From assembly GCF_018977255.1 (NCBI RefSeq), contig NW_024704742.1, positions 83,206,001-83,270,000 on the forward strand: a stretch of DNA of 64,000 nt. Direction: 5' to 3'. Source of the stretch: Callorhinchus milii. Its lineage: Eukaryota. How positions within the stretch are numbered: position 1 is the first letter of the stretch; every line of letters starts with the position of its first letter. The position numbers and the translations under genes are program-made. This document shows, in pieces, positions 23,663-37,102 of the stretch. Under the pieces are notes generated by a model. It was not told where the DNA came from, made no database searches, and saw only the letters and a list, made by a program, of their open reading frames with translations.

Positions 23663-24724
23663 AACTTCCACTAGTTTCCTACTTTAAACTTTCAGGTAAA
23701 AATTGCAATCAGTGGTGTTAATGTCAGTAAGTGTAGGTAGTCTGGCATATCAAACACCACAATTATTATTCATATATATATATACACAGAAAACTCAATC
23801 ATCTGAATTTTCAAACACCTTGCATAGGACCCTAGAAAGATTAATAGATCCTGATCATAGATTGATTAATAGATCCTTCAAAGTGATGTACTGAGATCCT
23901 TGGAATAGCTCATTGTTTCCTGCAGAGCAATATTCAATGGAAGTGAATTAAAGCTGTAATATTTACCACTCTTCAATTTCATATCCCACTTGCTGTAAAT
24001 GACCCTATTTGATGTAATTCCCAGTTCCTGGTCCCCGAAGATTGTCACATGATATCATTATTACAGCTGAGTAGAGAGAATATTGTCTACAGCAACTGAA
24101 AGGATAATAACAGTGTGCAACAATTGAACTAAATGGCAACACACAGAATTGCCATGTTTGTAAAGTGTATATTAGGACCGTTTATTGAGTCATGGATCAT
24201 CAACATATGATGTGGAAGGGCAGTGCCCAGGTATTTTCCCTTAGGAGTTCATTTCAAACAAATTGCTCAAATATTTATTTCAATGTTTTTATCTCATCAT
24301 TCTGCATTGCCTGACATTTTGCTGCCATTCTTTTATTTTTGTTGTGCAGCCCTTCCAGAAACCATATACAAGACAATTCATGTTCCAAGCAGCAATTGTC
24401 TCAATGTTCGAACTTGGTGCAATCAATACACAATGTAAAAAATCTACTCTTAATGCCATTAAGAATCATATGTACTATATATTATTTGGTGCTACCTCCA
24501 GCTTCTGTAAGGAGGTCTTACAATGAACTAACAATAATAATAATCCTTGCATTTAATATAGCGCTTTTCACGTCTTCCAGACATCTCAAAACCCTTCACA
24601 GAATAGACTGTAAAGTGAATTGACTGTATATTTGTGGGCAAATGTATTCATCTGAAGTCAATAGATATGAAAGCATTGTAAATCTTATCTAACAAACTTT
24701 TCTTAGTGTGCCTAAATTCATAGA

Positions 24725-24940
24725 ATCTTGCCTCTGAGAAAGAAGGTTGCGGGTTCAAGCTCAACATCAGGACTTTGAGCTCCCAATATCTGCTGACACT
24801 CCAGTCCAGTACTGGGGGAGTGTGATATTATTGAGGTCCTGTCCTTTGGATGAAACATTAAACTGAAATTCCATTCATCTGAAACAGTAGATGGAAGAGA
24901 TCCCATGGCACTATTAGAAAAAAGAAGGGAATTTCTCATC
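24725..24940 (+). mobile_element. Deu-domain SINE 5' portion
   Basis: gcctctgagaaagaaggttgcgggttcaagc...gatcccatggcactatt. Confidence 0.7.
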
Positions 24941-26049
24941 TTAAGGTACAATAAAAGGCACTTGTAATTCTCTTTTTACATATAAGTTTACACGTGGTTA
25001 ACACAACCTGCAAATTAGGCCCCACTGTTTTACAAATTAGATAAGTGCCTTGCGTCCTTATTTAAAACCAAGAACAATTATAAGGTAATGATGATACTGA
25101 GGTGATCAGCTGTACAATTTACTAATTAGAATTTACCAGGGGTGACCAAAACAAATGGGGAAAGTGCAAATATTACACAATTTGTTTTGTTCTGCTTTAC
25201 ACAGAAAAGGCAATACATATTATACCCAGGATCTGAGGTCAACCCAGATGTGATATCTGCTGCCCCATTGATTGGTCGAGATGATTTGACTATTCAGTTA
25301 CATTTTAGAAGTTGTCACTTCACAGCAGGCAGTCACAGGAAATCAACACAAACTCAATTAGCTATGTGCTGACAGCCACAAAACCTGCTCACTCCCAATT
25401 TCTTAGCTGAATGCAAGAAAAATTAAAAGCATGCAGATTTTTAATGAGCGCAATTATGGAATCATCAGTTACATACTCCATCTGTTCCCAAATTTCTAGC
25501 AAACACAGATTTACTGAATGGCTGTCTCATTGCAAAAACATAATATTCTTTAAAAACAATTAAGTGTATTCATAAATCAGGCGAATCATTCAAGAGACAT
25601 AAAACATTTGCTCTTGTGTCATATGTTTGCGTATTCATTAAATGTCAGTTTAAGACAATTTAGGGTAAATTTAAAAGTTTAGAGTACACTGCTCAGTAAA
25701 ACTATACAAGTTACAGACCATTGAACTTTAGAATTTTAATTATTTAAAGCAGCACCAATATTCTCATAAAACAGCACAATGTTCCAGTCTTGGTTTTGAA
25801 AAGTACTTTATCACTGGAAAAGTTCCAACGTGAAACATTTGACACATTTTTTAGTGAGGCTTCTCTGACCCTCTGTAAACTGCATCTGTAAGCAATAATG
25901 TCTACACTGTATTGTAAAGACAATATAAGAGGGCAAGAAATACTCAGAGCAAAGTTAGCCACTTATCGTGGTCTGCAATTACTGATCTATTTCCATTCCC
26001 ATGGTAAAATCGTTCCCATGCAGTTTGGTCTTGAGAAAGTGCTGCATGA

Positions 26050-26600
26050 TTACAATATTAGACAGAATAAGGAGTATTTTGAAGGAGACAGAGGAGGGAT
26101 GGTAGAGGGTCAGGTGCTCAAAATAGGGGAAACAGACAGAGGAATAGGGGGATACACCAAGGGATGTTTGGGAAATGAGGGCCACCTCACAGCTGTGTTG
26201 GTTGGGATGGTGGGTGGAAGGCCAGGTGATGAGAAATGTAACCAGGTGGAGAGGCTTCAACAAGGGGGACGGGGTCTCTGTGGGATCACAAGGTTACCAT
26301 GAGCCCGAGAATGTCTAATTGCTCATAAAAGATGAAGTCTTGGTTACAAGAGCTTTACTTGAGAGGAAGCAGACATTTTGGAGGCCAATGCGAGTGGGGG
26401 CGCAGGCGTTGGAGGGTTTGGGGGGAGGGGGGTGTTGTAGATCTTGGGAGGGGAATCACTGTCGAGTATGAGAGGTAGAATTGAGAAGGATGTAGATGAG
26501 AGAAGGAGGTTTTACCTGTCAGAGGCGGGGGGGAGGTGGGCCTTGTGGACTAGGTGAGCGATTGGGCAATCGGGGTGACTGCTCTGGGACAACCATTAAC
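26050..26600 (-). mobile_element. L2 LINE APE-endonuclease region fragment
   Basis: Minus frames give RIGLQNVCFLSSKA, EASPPGY and LGVSPYSSVCFPYFEHLTLYHPSSVSFKIL. Confidence 0.65.
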
Positions 26601-28199
26601 AAGTGCTGAGGACTGATCTTGACCTCAGGAGTACTTAACAATTAATTCTGGGCTGAGGAAAGCACAAAATTCTCTCCTTTTCAGCCAATCAGGAGAAGAA
26701 CACATCTATTAAACACAAAAAAAATCGTTCTAGTGACTAAAAATTATGTTTGAAAAATCGTTGAATTTAAAAATAAAAGTGGCATTGGCAAGGAGGAAGA
26801 ATGTGATTCCATTTGTCTTGAGTCAGGTGAACCACCTGCTGTTAGCTATCATCTGTTCCTTATTTAACATAAGAAATACTTCAAAACTGCCACAGATTTT
26901 ACCTTGTGTTTCTTACCCAGTTCTCTGTTAATGGGCACCGTCTGTTGGACGCCTGTATGTTGGCTAACACATTTGAATATTACTTTGCTCTTTGAGCAAT
27001 TTTCTATTTCAGCACATGCAGGGGAGAAAACTCCAACCAGGTCTGAATTCACTTTATCAATGTAGCGTTTTAGAATATATCCAATTTGGCAAAATGCTAA
27101 ATTCAGTCTTAACTTTGAAATCTGTTTTTCTGTACTTCTGAAAAGAAATGGCATAAAAATTAAGATTATATTCAACAATTTTTGCAACTTCTGAACACTA
27201 TGAAATGCTACATAAATACAGTAATTAGAATGCTCTACCTATCTTGAATGTTCAGATTTTGTTGCTTTAACACAGCTGTTCCTTATTGCTTTATCCATTA
27301 AAAGCATTTAAGACTTTATTTAGTCTTTCCTGACTAGATTTCACACAACTTGAATAACAGCTGGCTTCCAATGATTATGAGAAATACAGAAAAATAAAAA
27401 TGAAAAGTACATTTCAAAAAACCTTCTGAATAATCCATTCCCTTTAAACTTTCATAACTAGCACACAATTAGAGGCTACACAATAGATTTCCTATATTCC
27501 TTTGTTATAGATTTAATGTAAAAAAAAGTTTGCTGTGAAGGCAAGAATAAAACTGAATGTTCTGAGATTAGCCTTGAACTACTTAAATGCATTTTTTTTT
27601 AGTTAGTGACCTTAACTCTTTAGCAAGAGTATTTGTGCCAACATGCACCAATATGTTGCTTTACCTCTTTGCCCTTTGTTTCTTTATTCTTAACCATTCG
27701 CCTTAAGTAAGTGGTCAAAGTAAAGCAATGAATAGAAGGGTTTTGTGGTAAACACATTTTTTTCCTCCAATGCTGCACTGGGACTTATCACACCCTTATG
27801 ATATGGATATTTGACAGCTTATGTGTCATCGGAGCATTATAATTTCAAATACAGAAAATCAAGCTTGATATTATGCTGCCATTTTAATAAGAAGACAAAG
27901 GGTCAGTATAAATCTTATAGCATTTTGACATGAAAATTATGACATGGGGATGTCACTCCAAGAATACAAATAAAGGTCTTGTGATTGAGAGATAAGAGGA
28001 TAAGGTTTATCATTGATTCTACAGGGAGAGAAATCAAGTTGATAAAAGTATGAAGACAAAGGAATAGTGAAGATGCTAAGAATTTTACCTCTAACAAAGA
28101 GAAGGCTAAGAAGCGCTGTCTTATAAGCAATTATCACTTCCTATAAGGATTCTATCAGCATTGTACTATGATCTATTATGGACTTATGGACTTGAGTAT

Positions 28200-28480
28200 A
28201 ATAATCTTTGCATTCAATGACATGACTATAAATTGGAGAATGTCTCAAAGCACTTCACAAAGTTTCTGTAAAGTGTATTGACTGTGTATTTGCAGGCAAA
28301 CACTGCAGTAGAATCCAAGGGAGAACATCCCACAAAAGTCCGAGAAATCAGTTTTGAGCAGTGATCAGTTTTATCTGGATTGCTGGCCAGCACACTGGGA
28401 GAAACTCCTTTCTCTTTTCAAATTGCATCATGGGATCTTTAACATCCAACTGAACAGGAAGTTGGAAGCACAGTTTAAAA
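28200..28480 (-). mobile_element. Deu-domain SINE
   Basis: gctggccagcacactgggagaaactcc...catgggatctttaacatcca. Confidence 0.65.
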
Positions 28481-28494
28481 TCTCACATGTTTGG

Positions 28495-28995
28495 TTTAGA
28501 TGAAGAAGACCCTCTGGCCTATATGAACTCATCCCTCCAGACCGCCAATCTGCCACCCTTCCATCAAAGTATCAAGCTGCTTTTTAAATGAGTCCAGTGT
28601 CCTGGCCTTAACCATCCTTCCAGGCAACCTGGTCATTAATTACCCACTGATTAAAGAAAAACTTCTTAGTATATGCCTAAAATTGCTTTTCATATCTCTA
28701 AACATATGTTCTCTTGTACTACTGTCTTGTTGCATCCTAAAGTATTGATCTGGGTTTCCTTTTTCAATCCCATTTATATTTTTGTACATCTCTATGAGGT
28801 CTTCTTTGAGTCGGCATCACTCAAATGTGAAGAGCCCGAGGATTTCTAATTATTGCTCATAGCCCATTCCTCTAACATTGGGGATCATCCTCGTTGCTTT
28901 CTTCTGCACATCCTCTCAGGCATCGCCAGCCCCCTTATGTCACGGTGACCAGAACTGTATACAGTATTCTAGGAGCAGCCTCATCAGAGCACTCA
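28495..28995 (-). mobile_element. CR1 LINE 3' fragment
   Basis: Reverse of ctagaatactgtatacagttctggtcacc (LEYCIQFWSP) followed by decayed CR1 C-terminus and 3' UTR. Confidence 0.75.
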
Positions 28996-29115
28996 CTCAG
29001 TGCAGCACCTCTGACATTGCAGTGCTTCCCCAATACTATACTGAAGGTATCAGACTAGACCATGGCTAAACAAAAGAAGTCAAGAGTTAGGAAAAGGTTA
29101 AGAAGGTGAAGGCTT

Positions 29116-29497
29116 GTGGAGTCCTGCACGATATTGGTTAGAGCACTTGCCTCACAGTCGAGAAGATCTGGGTTCAATTCCCAGGCAGGGCAAAATGTTC
29201 GGCAAGTTCCTTTACTCCACATGCCTCTGTTTACCTAGCAGTAAGTAGGAACCTGGTTGTTACTTGATTGGTGAAACGCTTTTCCGGGGGTAATAATCCC
29301 TTACTTTTTTTAATAAATTAATAATTTGATCATTCGATCCATGACTGATTATGGGACACTGCTGTGCACAATTGGCTGCCATGTTTCGCCCACAAAATAT
29401 ACAGTCAATTCACCTTACAGTATATTCTGTGAAGAGCTTTGAGATGTCTCAAAGACGTGATAAGGCACTAAATCAAATGCAAGGATTATTATTACTA
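29116..29497 (+). mobile_element. Full-length tRNA(Ala) SINE, long variant
   Basis: gtggagtcc head, B box gggttcaattcc, central block, tail. Confidence 0.9.
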
Positions 29498-30279
29498 TAT
29501 GAAGATGAATATTAAAAGATACAATAATTAAAATACAATGAGGACTTGCACCAGATGACTAACTGAATAGCTAATAGAATGCATAAAGGAAATTTAAAGA
29601 TGAATTTTTAATAGACAAAGAAAGAGGTCAAAAGAATACTTCAAATACTGTATATATAAATCAGATGCAGTTTAGAAGATCAGACAGGCTTTAGGGAACA
29701 TATCAGATAAAAACATTATGAGGATCAGGAAATAACAGATGCGTTAAATAACAAGAAGTGACAACAGACATGTTAAATACATAGTGAAGACTGTTGAAGG
29801 CTTTCACTGAAATATCTACCCTATATATAATGATCAAGATACCCAATTAACTCACAGCTGCAGCAATCGCAGGTGAGAAGCTGAACAAGCAGAAAATTAG
29901 ATTCAGGGCTTGGCCCTTTGTAAGTCGCTGTGTGGAAATCAACCGTCAAAGTTGAGTGGTAAATGGTAACCTGTCTTAAAAAGCAAAAAGCATACCAGGA
30001 GAATGAGGTGAGTTAAACTGACAATAAGCACTGATGTTATAATGAGAAGACAAAGGGTCAGTGTAAATCGCATCACAGTTTGAAGTGAAGATTGCAACAT
30101 TCTTAACTAAGACTTATAAAGTGTGCATTTAACATGTCTGTTATTTCTTGTTGTTCGACATCACTGCCAATTTGTGATCCTCACCTTATCTTTAGCCAAT
30201 GTAATACTCTTTGAAGGATTGGTCTGATTTTCAAAGCTGCATCTGATTGTAGTGGAAGGAGGGCATAGCAAGAGACTCT

Positions 30280-30830
30280 TTTTCAACAAGTACCGTATAA
30301 GACATTGATAGATTGGAGAAATGTGCTGGTCAAGTGGCAGATGTAGTTTAGTTCTGCATTTTGGGAAAAATAATAGAAAGTAGAATGATAGCGGGAAGAG
30401 TAAACCACTCAAGTTTAGTGGAGGAGCAGAGGGATCCAGGGATACAAATACATACATCTCTAAAAGGGGGACTGCAGATACAAAAAGCTACCAACAAAGA
30501 AAATTAGATTGTGAAATTTATAAATACTAGAATTATAAACAACATTGGTTAGGCTGTATCTGGAGTACTGTAATTTAGTATTGGGTGTCCCTTTGCAGGA
30601 AGGTTGTCATTATGATGGAGAGGACATAGCACCAATTCACTAGGATTATATTGGGTTTCAGGTCATATGCGGATTAAGATTGGGAGGGAGGAGATTCCAC
30701 TAGAACAGAGGCAATCATGTAGAGATATGATATATGATGGAGGTGTTTAAAATTCTGCAGAATATTTTCTTTAATTGAGGAATCAGTGACAAGAGGAGAT
30801 TTCCGAGATTGTTAGCAGAAGAATCAGGGG
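30280..30830 (+). mobile_element. Old CR1 LINE fragment
   Basis: tggtcaagtggcagatg, gagcagagggatccagg, ttggttaggctgtatctggagtactg and atgatatatgatggaggtgtttaaaatt are decayed CR1 RT motifs. Confidence 0.6.
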
Positions 30831-30855
30831 ACTTCACCAACAACCACTTGAATTT

Positions 30856-31156
30856 ATAATAATAATAATAATTGCATTTGATATGGCACTTTTCTCGTCT
30901 TCTAGACGTCTCAAAATGCTTCACAGAATATACTGTAAAGTGAATTGACTGCATATTTGTGGGCGAAACGCGGCAGCCAATTGCGCACAGCAGTGTCCCA
31001 CAAACAGTCGTGGATTGAAAATGACCAATTTTTTTTATTATTGTTTTGTTTTTTGGAGGGATTATCCTTTGACGTGTGGGGTTAGGAAACTTGCCCAAGG
31101 TTTCGCCCTGCCTAGAATTGAACCCAAGTGTCGCGCTGCAAGGCTACAGGACTCCA
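30856..31156 (-). mobile_element. tRNA(Ala) SINE, short variant
   Basis: Same as 19716-20042 with a small head deletion. Confidence 0.88.
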
Positions 31157-32544
31157 TATTTATATAGTGCCCTTCATGCAGGATCGGATCTCAGAATGCT
31201 GAGTCATAGGAAGGAGATGGGAATAAAGAAGTATAGAAGAAGGGAACAGGAGGGATGGATGCTTGGGTGAAGCATAAACACTGTCACAAACTACATAGGG
31301 TTACATAGAGTGATGTGGCATAGAAACAGGTCATTCGGCTCAACTAGTCTATGGCATTGCCATACAGTAGCATTCTATGTAACTCTACAAAGCTAACTAA
31401 AACTTCAGCCCTCTGATTGCTGACCAGTAAAGCCTTGCTTCATAATCATCAGTGGAGAGACTAAGTCTTCAAATATCAACAGAACTGAATTTTAAACAAA
31501 TTTACAATTAGCACCGTTGTACATCTTACAAATTTCACTCAATTGTAGTAAATTTACTTTACCGTGAATTCTATGATTAAAATATCATGTTATGTATACA
31601 ATTCTAATGGAAAACATACATTTTAACAGAAAGTATACATTACAAATATAATCAATCAATCTGCTGTAAGAGAAACAAATTCCTGGAAAAATATTCTAAG
31701 GGGCACATTTAAAAAAGTGACTTAAAAATATAGATAGCAAAAATTGAAATAACAGTAATGAAAAGCACACTTTCAAATTACTTTATTAAAATTGTCTATC
31801 AAATATTTCATTTATTAACATATTGCACACCATCCATGTTCTGAAATACACAGCAGCTCTGATAATCATCACCACAGACATGCGCGATTCCAAGCACTTT
31901 ATAGAGTTCATAAACAAGAACCGAAGAATTCCCTGGTCAAGTATGAGTACTACAAATAACAATTGCATAAACTTCCCAAATATAGGACTGTTCTGACGTG
32001 CCACTATGTCTGTATCTTTCACATTTAATAAAGTCTTGACATCCTTTCCTTGTTTGTTTTTTGTTTTTTTCTAAAAATAATCTTTGTCACCATAGATTAC
32101 TTTAACGTTTGATCATGTTTATTGACCAGTTAGTTTGCTGAACCATGGAATTGATCCAACATTCTGTTGATACAGTATAAATTCCTTAAACACATGTTTA
32201 TATGATAAGTTTAATTTTAATTCTGCACAATCAGTTGACAATCCTAGCTAAATTTGTAAACTCTAAGCTTTCTTGGCTGTTTTGTGGTCATATCCAGCTA
32301 CGGAGATTCATTGAAGAATTTCATACCGTGTTTATGCTGTGCATCAGGACTTGGATCCCATATAGTCTAAGATGACACTCCAGTGCAGCACTTGGGATGT
32401 ATTGCATCCCACTCTCTTCTGATATCCTGGTCAGAAATCCTGCTCAGTTTACTACTCAGTAGTAAACTCAGCAAACTCAAACTGCAACACAAATCACATT
32501 GAAACATTCCCAGTTTTGAAAGCAAAAAGCCAACCTAAATTGTC

Positions 32545-32822
32545 ATTGTTCATTTATGAGCCTTCGCAGTGAGTGTTGGCAGATCACTCGACCATAGAGG
32601 GCATTCCAGCATAACCTGGCCTCTACTCACTCGGCTGCCACACACAACTGGTAGAGAGTGTTGCAGAGGAACCAGGGGCAAGAACATTGGGTGGTTTTCC
32701 CCTCCCCAACCCTGGGAAGATTAGGTCAAATTATACTCTCCATATAGACCTACCATGGATCAGCATTCAAACCAACAAGCTCCTGGTGTGTTAGCTGCAA
32801 CTCTATCCACTACACCATCGAG
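32545..32822 (-). mobile_element. Ancient unclassified tRNA-headed SINE-like repeat
   Basis: Reverse strand starts gatggtgtagtggatagag...ggtttgaatgc. The distal part resembles 54035-54130. Confidence 0.4.
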
Positions 32823-34551
32823 GAATGGAGTTAAGGGACTATTTGACCCCAATTTCTTAAGTACATAATGCACTATGAGAGATATGAGAGAACAAAAGCT
32901 AAATTAGTCTTTCTTAAATTACACATCATTTAGATTCACTTACTTAATCAATTATTGATGAAATGTTGAATTCCAAATCTATTACTGGTACATGACAGGC
33001 TGAAATATGTGACTTGTTTTAAATTGTTAATTAAATGCTAGCATAATTGATAATCGATTTATATTTCTTCACTTTAGTCCCAAAACACTAAAGAAATGTT
33101 TTGCTTGATTCCAAACGTTGCAGCTCACCACAGCTTTAATCAATTGCTTATCAAAAAATTGCTGTGTGCATATTTTGCTACTGCTACACATCACACAGGC
33201 ATGGAAAAGAAAATCGGTTTTGCATTTCATTCTTTCATTTGCATGTTATATAGCCATTAGAGTTAAAGACTTGCAGGTTTTCGAAATTAACTGTATTGTG
33301 CACTATTGAATGTGAATTTAGAGCAGATGTCTACATTTCTTTAACTTTTTAAGAATTTTAGAAATAATTTTGACACGTCTCACTTTTTGGTTGCCTGATT
33401 CAGTATTGTTGGAACATTCCTGTGGCTCTAGAACGTTTTTTGATAGCTCTTAAGAAAGGTTAAATATTGAAACATTATGCAGCAAATTGTTCGTGTTGTT
33501 GTAGCATAATAGAAAGCAAATGTGCAACACCCTTTCAACATTATAAGACACACAATAGTGTGTTATGCCAGTTGTAAGGCTGCTGGACCTTGGCTCCAGC
33601 TTCTTTCCATGTTGCACATTCTGGTGTTATGGAGCAATAGAGTATCTTATCATAATGTCCAACATGCTGGCTACCCAAAAATGCCATTGCAATGGTGGTA
33701 CAGTGCACTTTGATTATTGCAAAGCAAATTTGGTTCTCAAAGGACTAATCTGCATTAAATAACTATCAATCATCATTGCTCGCTTAGTAAATCATTAGGA
33801 AATTTGCTGTATTTGTGGAAAATAGAGATATAATATTACTTTTATATCTACACAAAGGATGAATGGAAATCCAGACCAAAACTACAAATGTATTCATACT
33901 TGAACAATTTTACTGATGCGAACTGATATGAAACCCAAGGCCTGAAAGGCCTTCCAGTCTTAGCCTGTAAGACCATTTTGTTTTGAAAAGCATAGAATAG
34001 AATTATGGACATTTTCAGCTGTTGATTACTCTCCGTGTAAATAAATACTTTGTGGTTTCTCTCCAAAATTTGCCCTTTCACAATAGTGAAGTGCTGTGCC
34101 CTCTTATCCTGCTCCCCTGGCCTATCGAGACTTCCAAATTAAGGTTGCATTGCAGCATAGTGAAGTAATGGGGATGTTTTGCCAGTTCTTTGCTTGGCCA
34201 CTGAATGGATCTTTGGACAACATTCTTAGGGGAAAGGGATAAAATCTAACAGTACCAACTCTTTGTTATAAAATACCATCTCCAGGTCAACACTGTTGGA
34301 TGAGACTTGTCAGTGCTGATGGCTATCTTTATACATAAGACCACCTCACTGACAAGATTGCTTCATGCTCCCAATACAAGGAAGCAGGTGCCATTGAGAA
34401 CAGTGGTAGAGGAGTTCAAGAAAAGGAACTAAAGGTTAGAATTAAAGGTGCTACACAGGAAAACCTGGAAAGAAAATAACTTACATTTCTATAGCCCCCT
34501 ATCACATCAAAGTACTATCCTCCTTGGTTAGCGGAGGGGAAAAGAGGTAAA

Positions 34552-34870
34552 TGGGGTCTCCATTGGAGCTGAAGCAAAGGAATGTCAGAATCGAGCAAGC
34601 CTTCTGTGACGCCTAGTTACCTCTGCAGGCAGGTTTGCAGTATCCATGGCACTGAACCAGTCTGGCTCATCGGCAGGACTTGAAGAGGCAGACTGTAGAG
34701 TCCCAAAGATGAATGGCATTCCACATCACCAGTTATGATGTGCTTCGGAGCTAACTGTCCTAAAGCATCAGCTGATCAGAAACAGAGTTGAGTTGCATTC
34801 TTTGTACCCATTGGACATGATGGCACTGGCATCAGAATTGGTAAAGACCCATGAAGCCTTCAAGCCCATT
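34552..34870 (-). mobile_element. Fragment of the CRE-like family, 3' end
   Basis: Collinear matches to 13740-14000: cagttag, gtctgcc.ctt, cagtg.c.tgga.tactgc, cacaga.gg.t.gctcgattc..acatt, ttcagctccaa. Confidence 0.55.
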
Positions 34871-36109
34871 TCCCTGCTGTGCAAGAGCAATATTCCATGA
34901 TGAGGATTGAAAATGAGTACAATTCCTTTGGGAAGCACAATTTACAAAGTCCATGGCAACAGGAGGGCTCAAGTTCACTTAATCAGCACACTTGATGGAA
35001 TACTTTTATACAAACTGCTCCATAACACGTTTGTGTAAAACCAGATGTTTCTGTGCCTGTTTGAAACAGCAAGGGTCTTTTCTTGGCCAATACCTTTAAG
35101 CTCCATTGCTTTGCACGAAAGTTTGTGTTTGCAGTGACCTTGATTAAATAGAAACAAAAGATTTTATTGGTACCATCTGGACTCTTCTATTTAGGGTTTC
35201 ATTACAGTTGATGATTGCCTCCAGGGAGACGTTGCTAGAGACTTGCTTCAATTTTGACAGAGCCTTAGAAATGTGGTCTGTTTTCTCTTAGAATAAAATT
35301 ATGACTAACAATTGCAATTATTTCTTTGCTATGCCTTAATAGCCCTGATTTTTTTATGTATATATAAAATATATATATATAAACTCAAAACGTAGATCTT
35401 AAAGCAAAAGGATTGTATTAGTTTCTTCACCTCATTTAATTCCTGTGCCTGGCATGGGTCTTTCACAATGAACACAAATCCAAAGCAGGGGCTAATTACT
35501 CGGACCTGTACTGAGTTAGCAGACTATTTTAATGGAGTACTTTGTATGCTAGAAGGGAGCAGGAATGTCCTAATACCTTTCCCTTCTCTGTTCCAATCTG
35601 TTCACAATGGCTGGTGTGCTCGAGGACGTGTACTCTAGACCTTTGCTGAGAGATCACTTTAATTGATTACAAAATCTGCATCTGTTAGCCAGATGGGGAA
35701 TTGATTTTTGTGGTGGGCAAATGACAAAAAATGATTAACAACAGTTATCACTTATAATTACATTTACATAGCTTGAAATTTGTGTCAATGCAACAATATG
35801 TAACATATTCAGAATACTTGCCAGTAACTCACTTTGTGAGTGTTGCTGCATAACGCAATGCTTTTTTAACAAAAATTCAGAAAATCTTGATACGCTTTCC
35901 CCCTGGATGATGTTGTTAGATGGTTTTAATTCCCACCTTAATATCTACCTCTTTGACTACGCCTATTGCTCATCTGCCCCTCCCTTGGCATCCAAACCGC
36001 AGCACTGTGCCGTGTTCAAACACTATCCTGCATGAAGGGTACTATATAGATGCAAGTGGCTGTTTTCTAAAGATTCAGCTGATCATTAATTATTAATACT
36101 TTATGAATC

Positions 36110-37102
36110 TTAGCAATAATAATCCCGACATTTTGTATAGCAGTTTTCACAGCAAGAGGGCATCTCAAAGTGCTTCAAAGGATATACTGCAAAGTGTTGT
36201 GCCTGTGTAGTTGTAGGCGAACTCGACATCTTATCTGAAGGAATGGGCACCTCGAGTAATGCAGTTCTCCATTCAGCACTGCCGTGGAGCATCAAACTTG
36301 CCTCAGGTAATGAGTTCAAAATCCCGACATGGGGCTTGAACCAATAACAACAATAACAAATTACATTTGTTTAGCGCTTTTCACATCGGGAGAATGTCCC
36401 AAGGTGCTGGACAGTCAGGGATTTGTACCTGAGCAAAGGGTTGGGATTAGGAGGGGTAGAGGGCAGGGAGGGTAGAGGTAAGAGGGTGACCGAAGGCACG
36501 GTTGAAGAGTAGGATCTTGAGACATGTCTTGTAGGAGGCAAGGGAGGGAGCAAGGCAAAGGGACTGTGGGATGGAGTTCCAAAGGGTGGGTTCAGAGAGG
36601 CTGATGGCCCAACCACCGATGGTGTGGCAGGTCGGGCTGGGGACATGAAGTAGGCCTGAGCAGACAGGTTGATATGGGGTCAGCAAGTCACAGAGGTAGG
36701 AAGGAGCAAGGCCGTGGAGAGCCTTGAAGGCAAAAGAATGAGGATTTTGAATTCTCTTCTCTGGGGGATGGGGAGCCAGTGGATCAGGGCGAGGGTGGGT
36801 GTGATAGGGTCAGAGAGCCTGGTGCGAGAGAGGACATGAGCTGCAGAGTTCTGGATGATTTACAGCTTGTGGAAGGAAGATTTGGGAAGGCCGACAAGCA
36901 GGGAGTTGGCGTAGTCGAGCCTAGATGTAATAAATACGTGGATGAGGGCTTTGGTGGCCTGAGGGGTGAGGCAGTAGTGGACTCGGGCGATATTGCGGAG
37001 GTGGGGGAAGGTAGAGCAGGTCATGGCATGGATATGGAGTAGAAAGTTGACATATACTTTCATCTCAGAAGCGAGAGTGCTACCAATTGAACGAGGCTGA
37101 CA
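36110..37102 (-). mobile_element. Deu-domain SINE split by an L2 insertion
   Basis: A-box half at 37055-37102; B box (ggttcaagcccc) and body at 36110-36342. Confidence 0.65.
36343..37050 (-). mobile_element. L2 LINE 3' fragment
   Basis: HLRNIARV, LIHVFITSRLDYANSLLVGLP, LWNSIPQSL, (TTG)n-like tail. Confidence 0.88.

Noticed and set aside
31850..32032. Possible terminal exon with a downstream AATAAA
   Set aside because: Poor splice acceptor and no recognisable peptide in any frame
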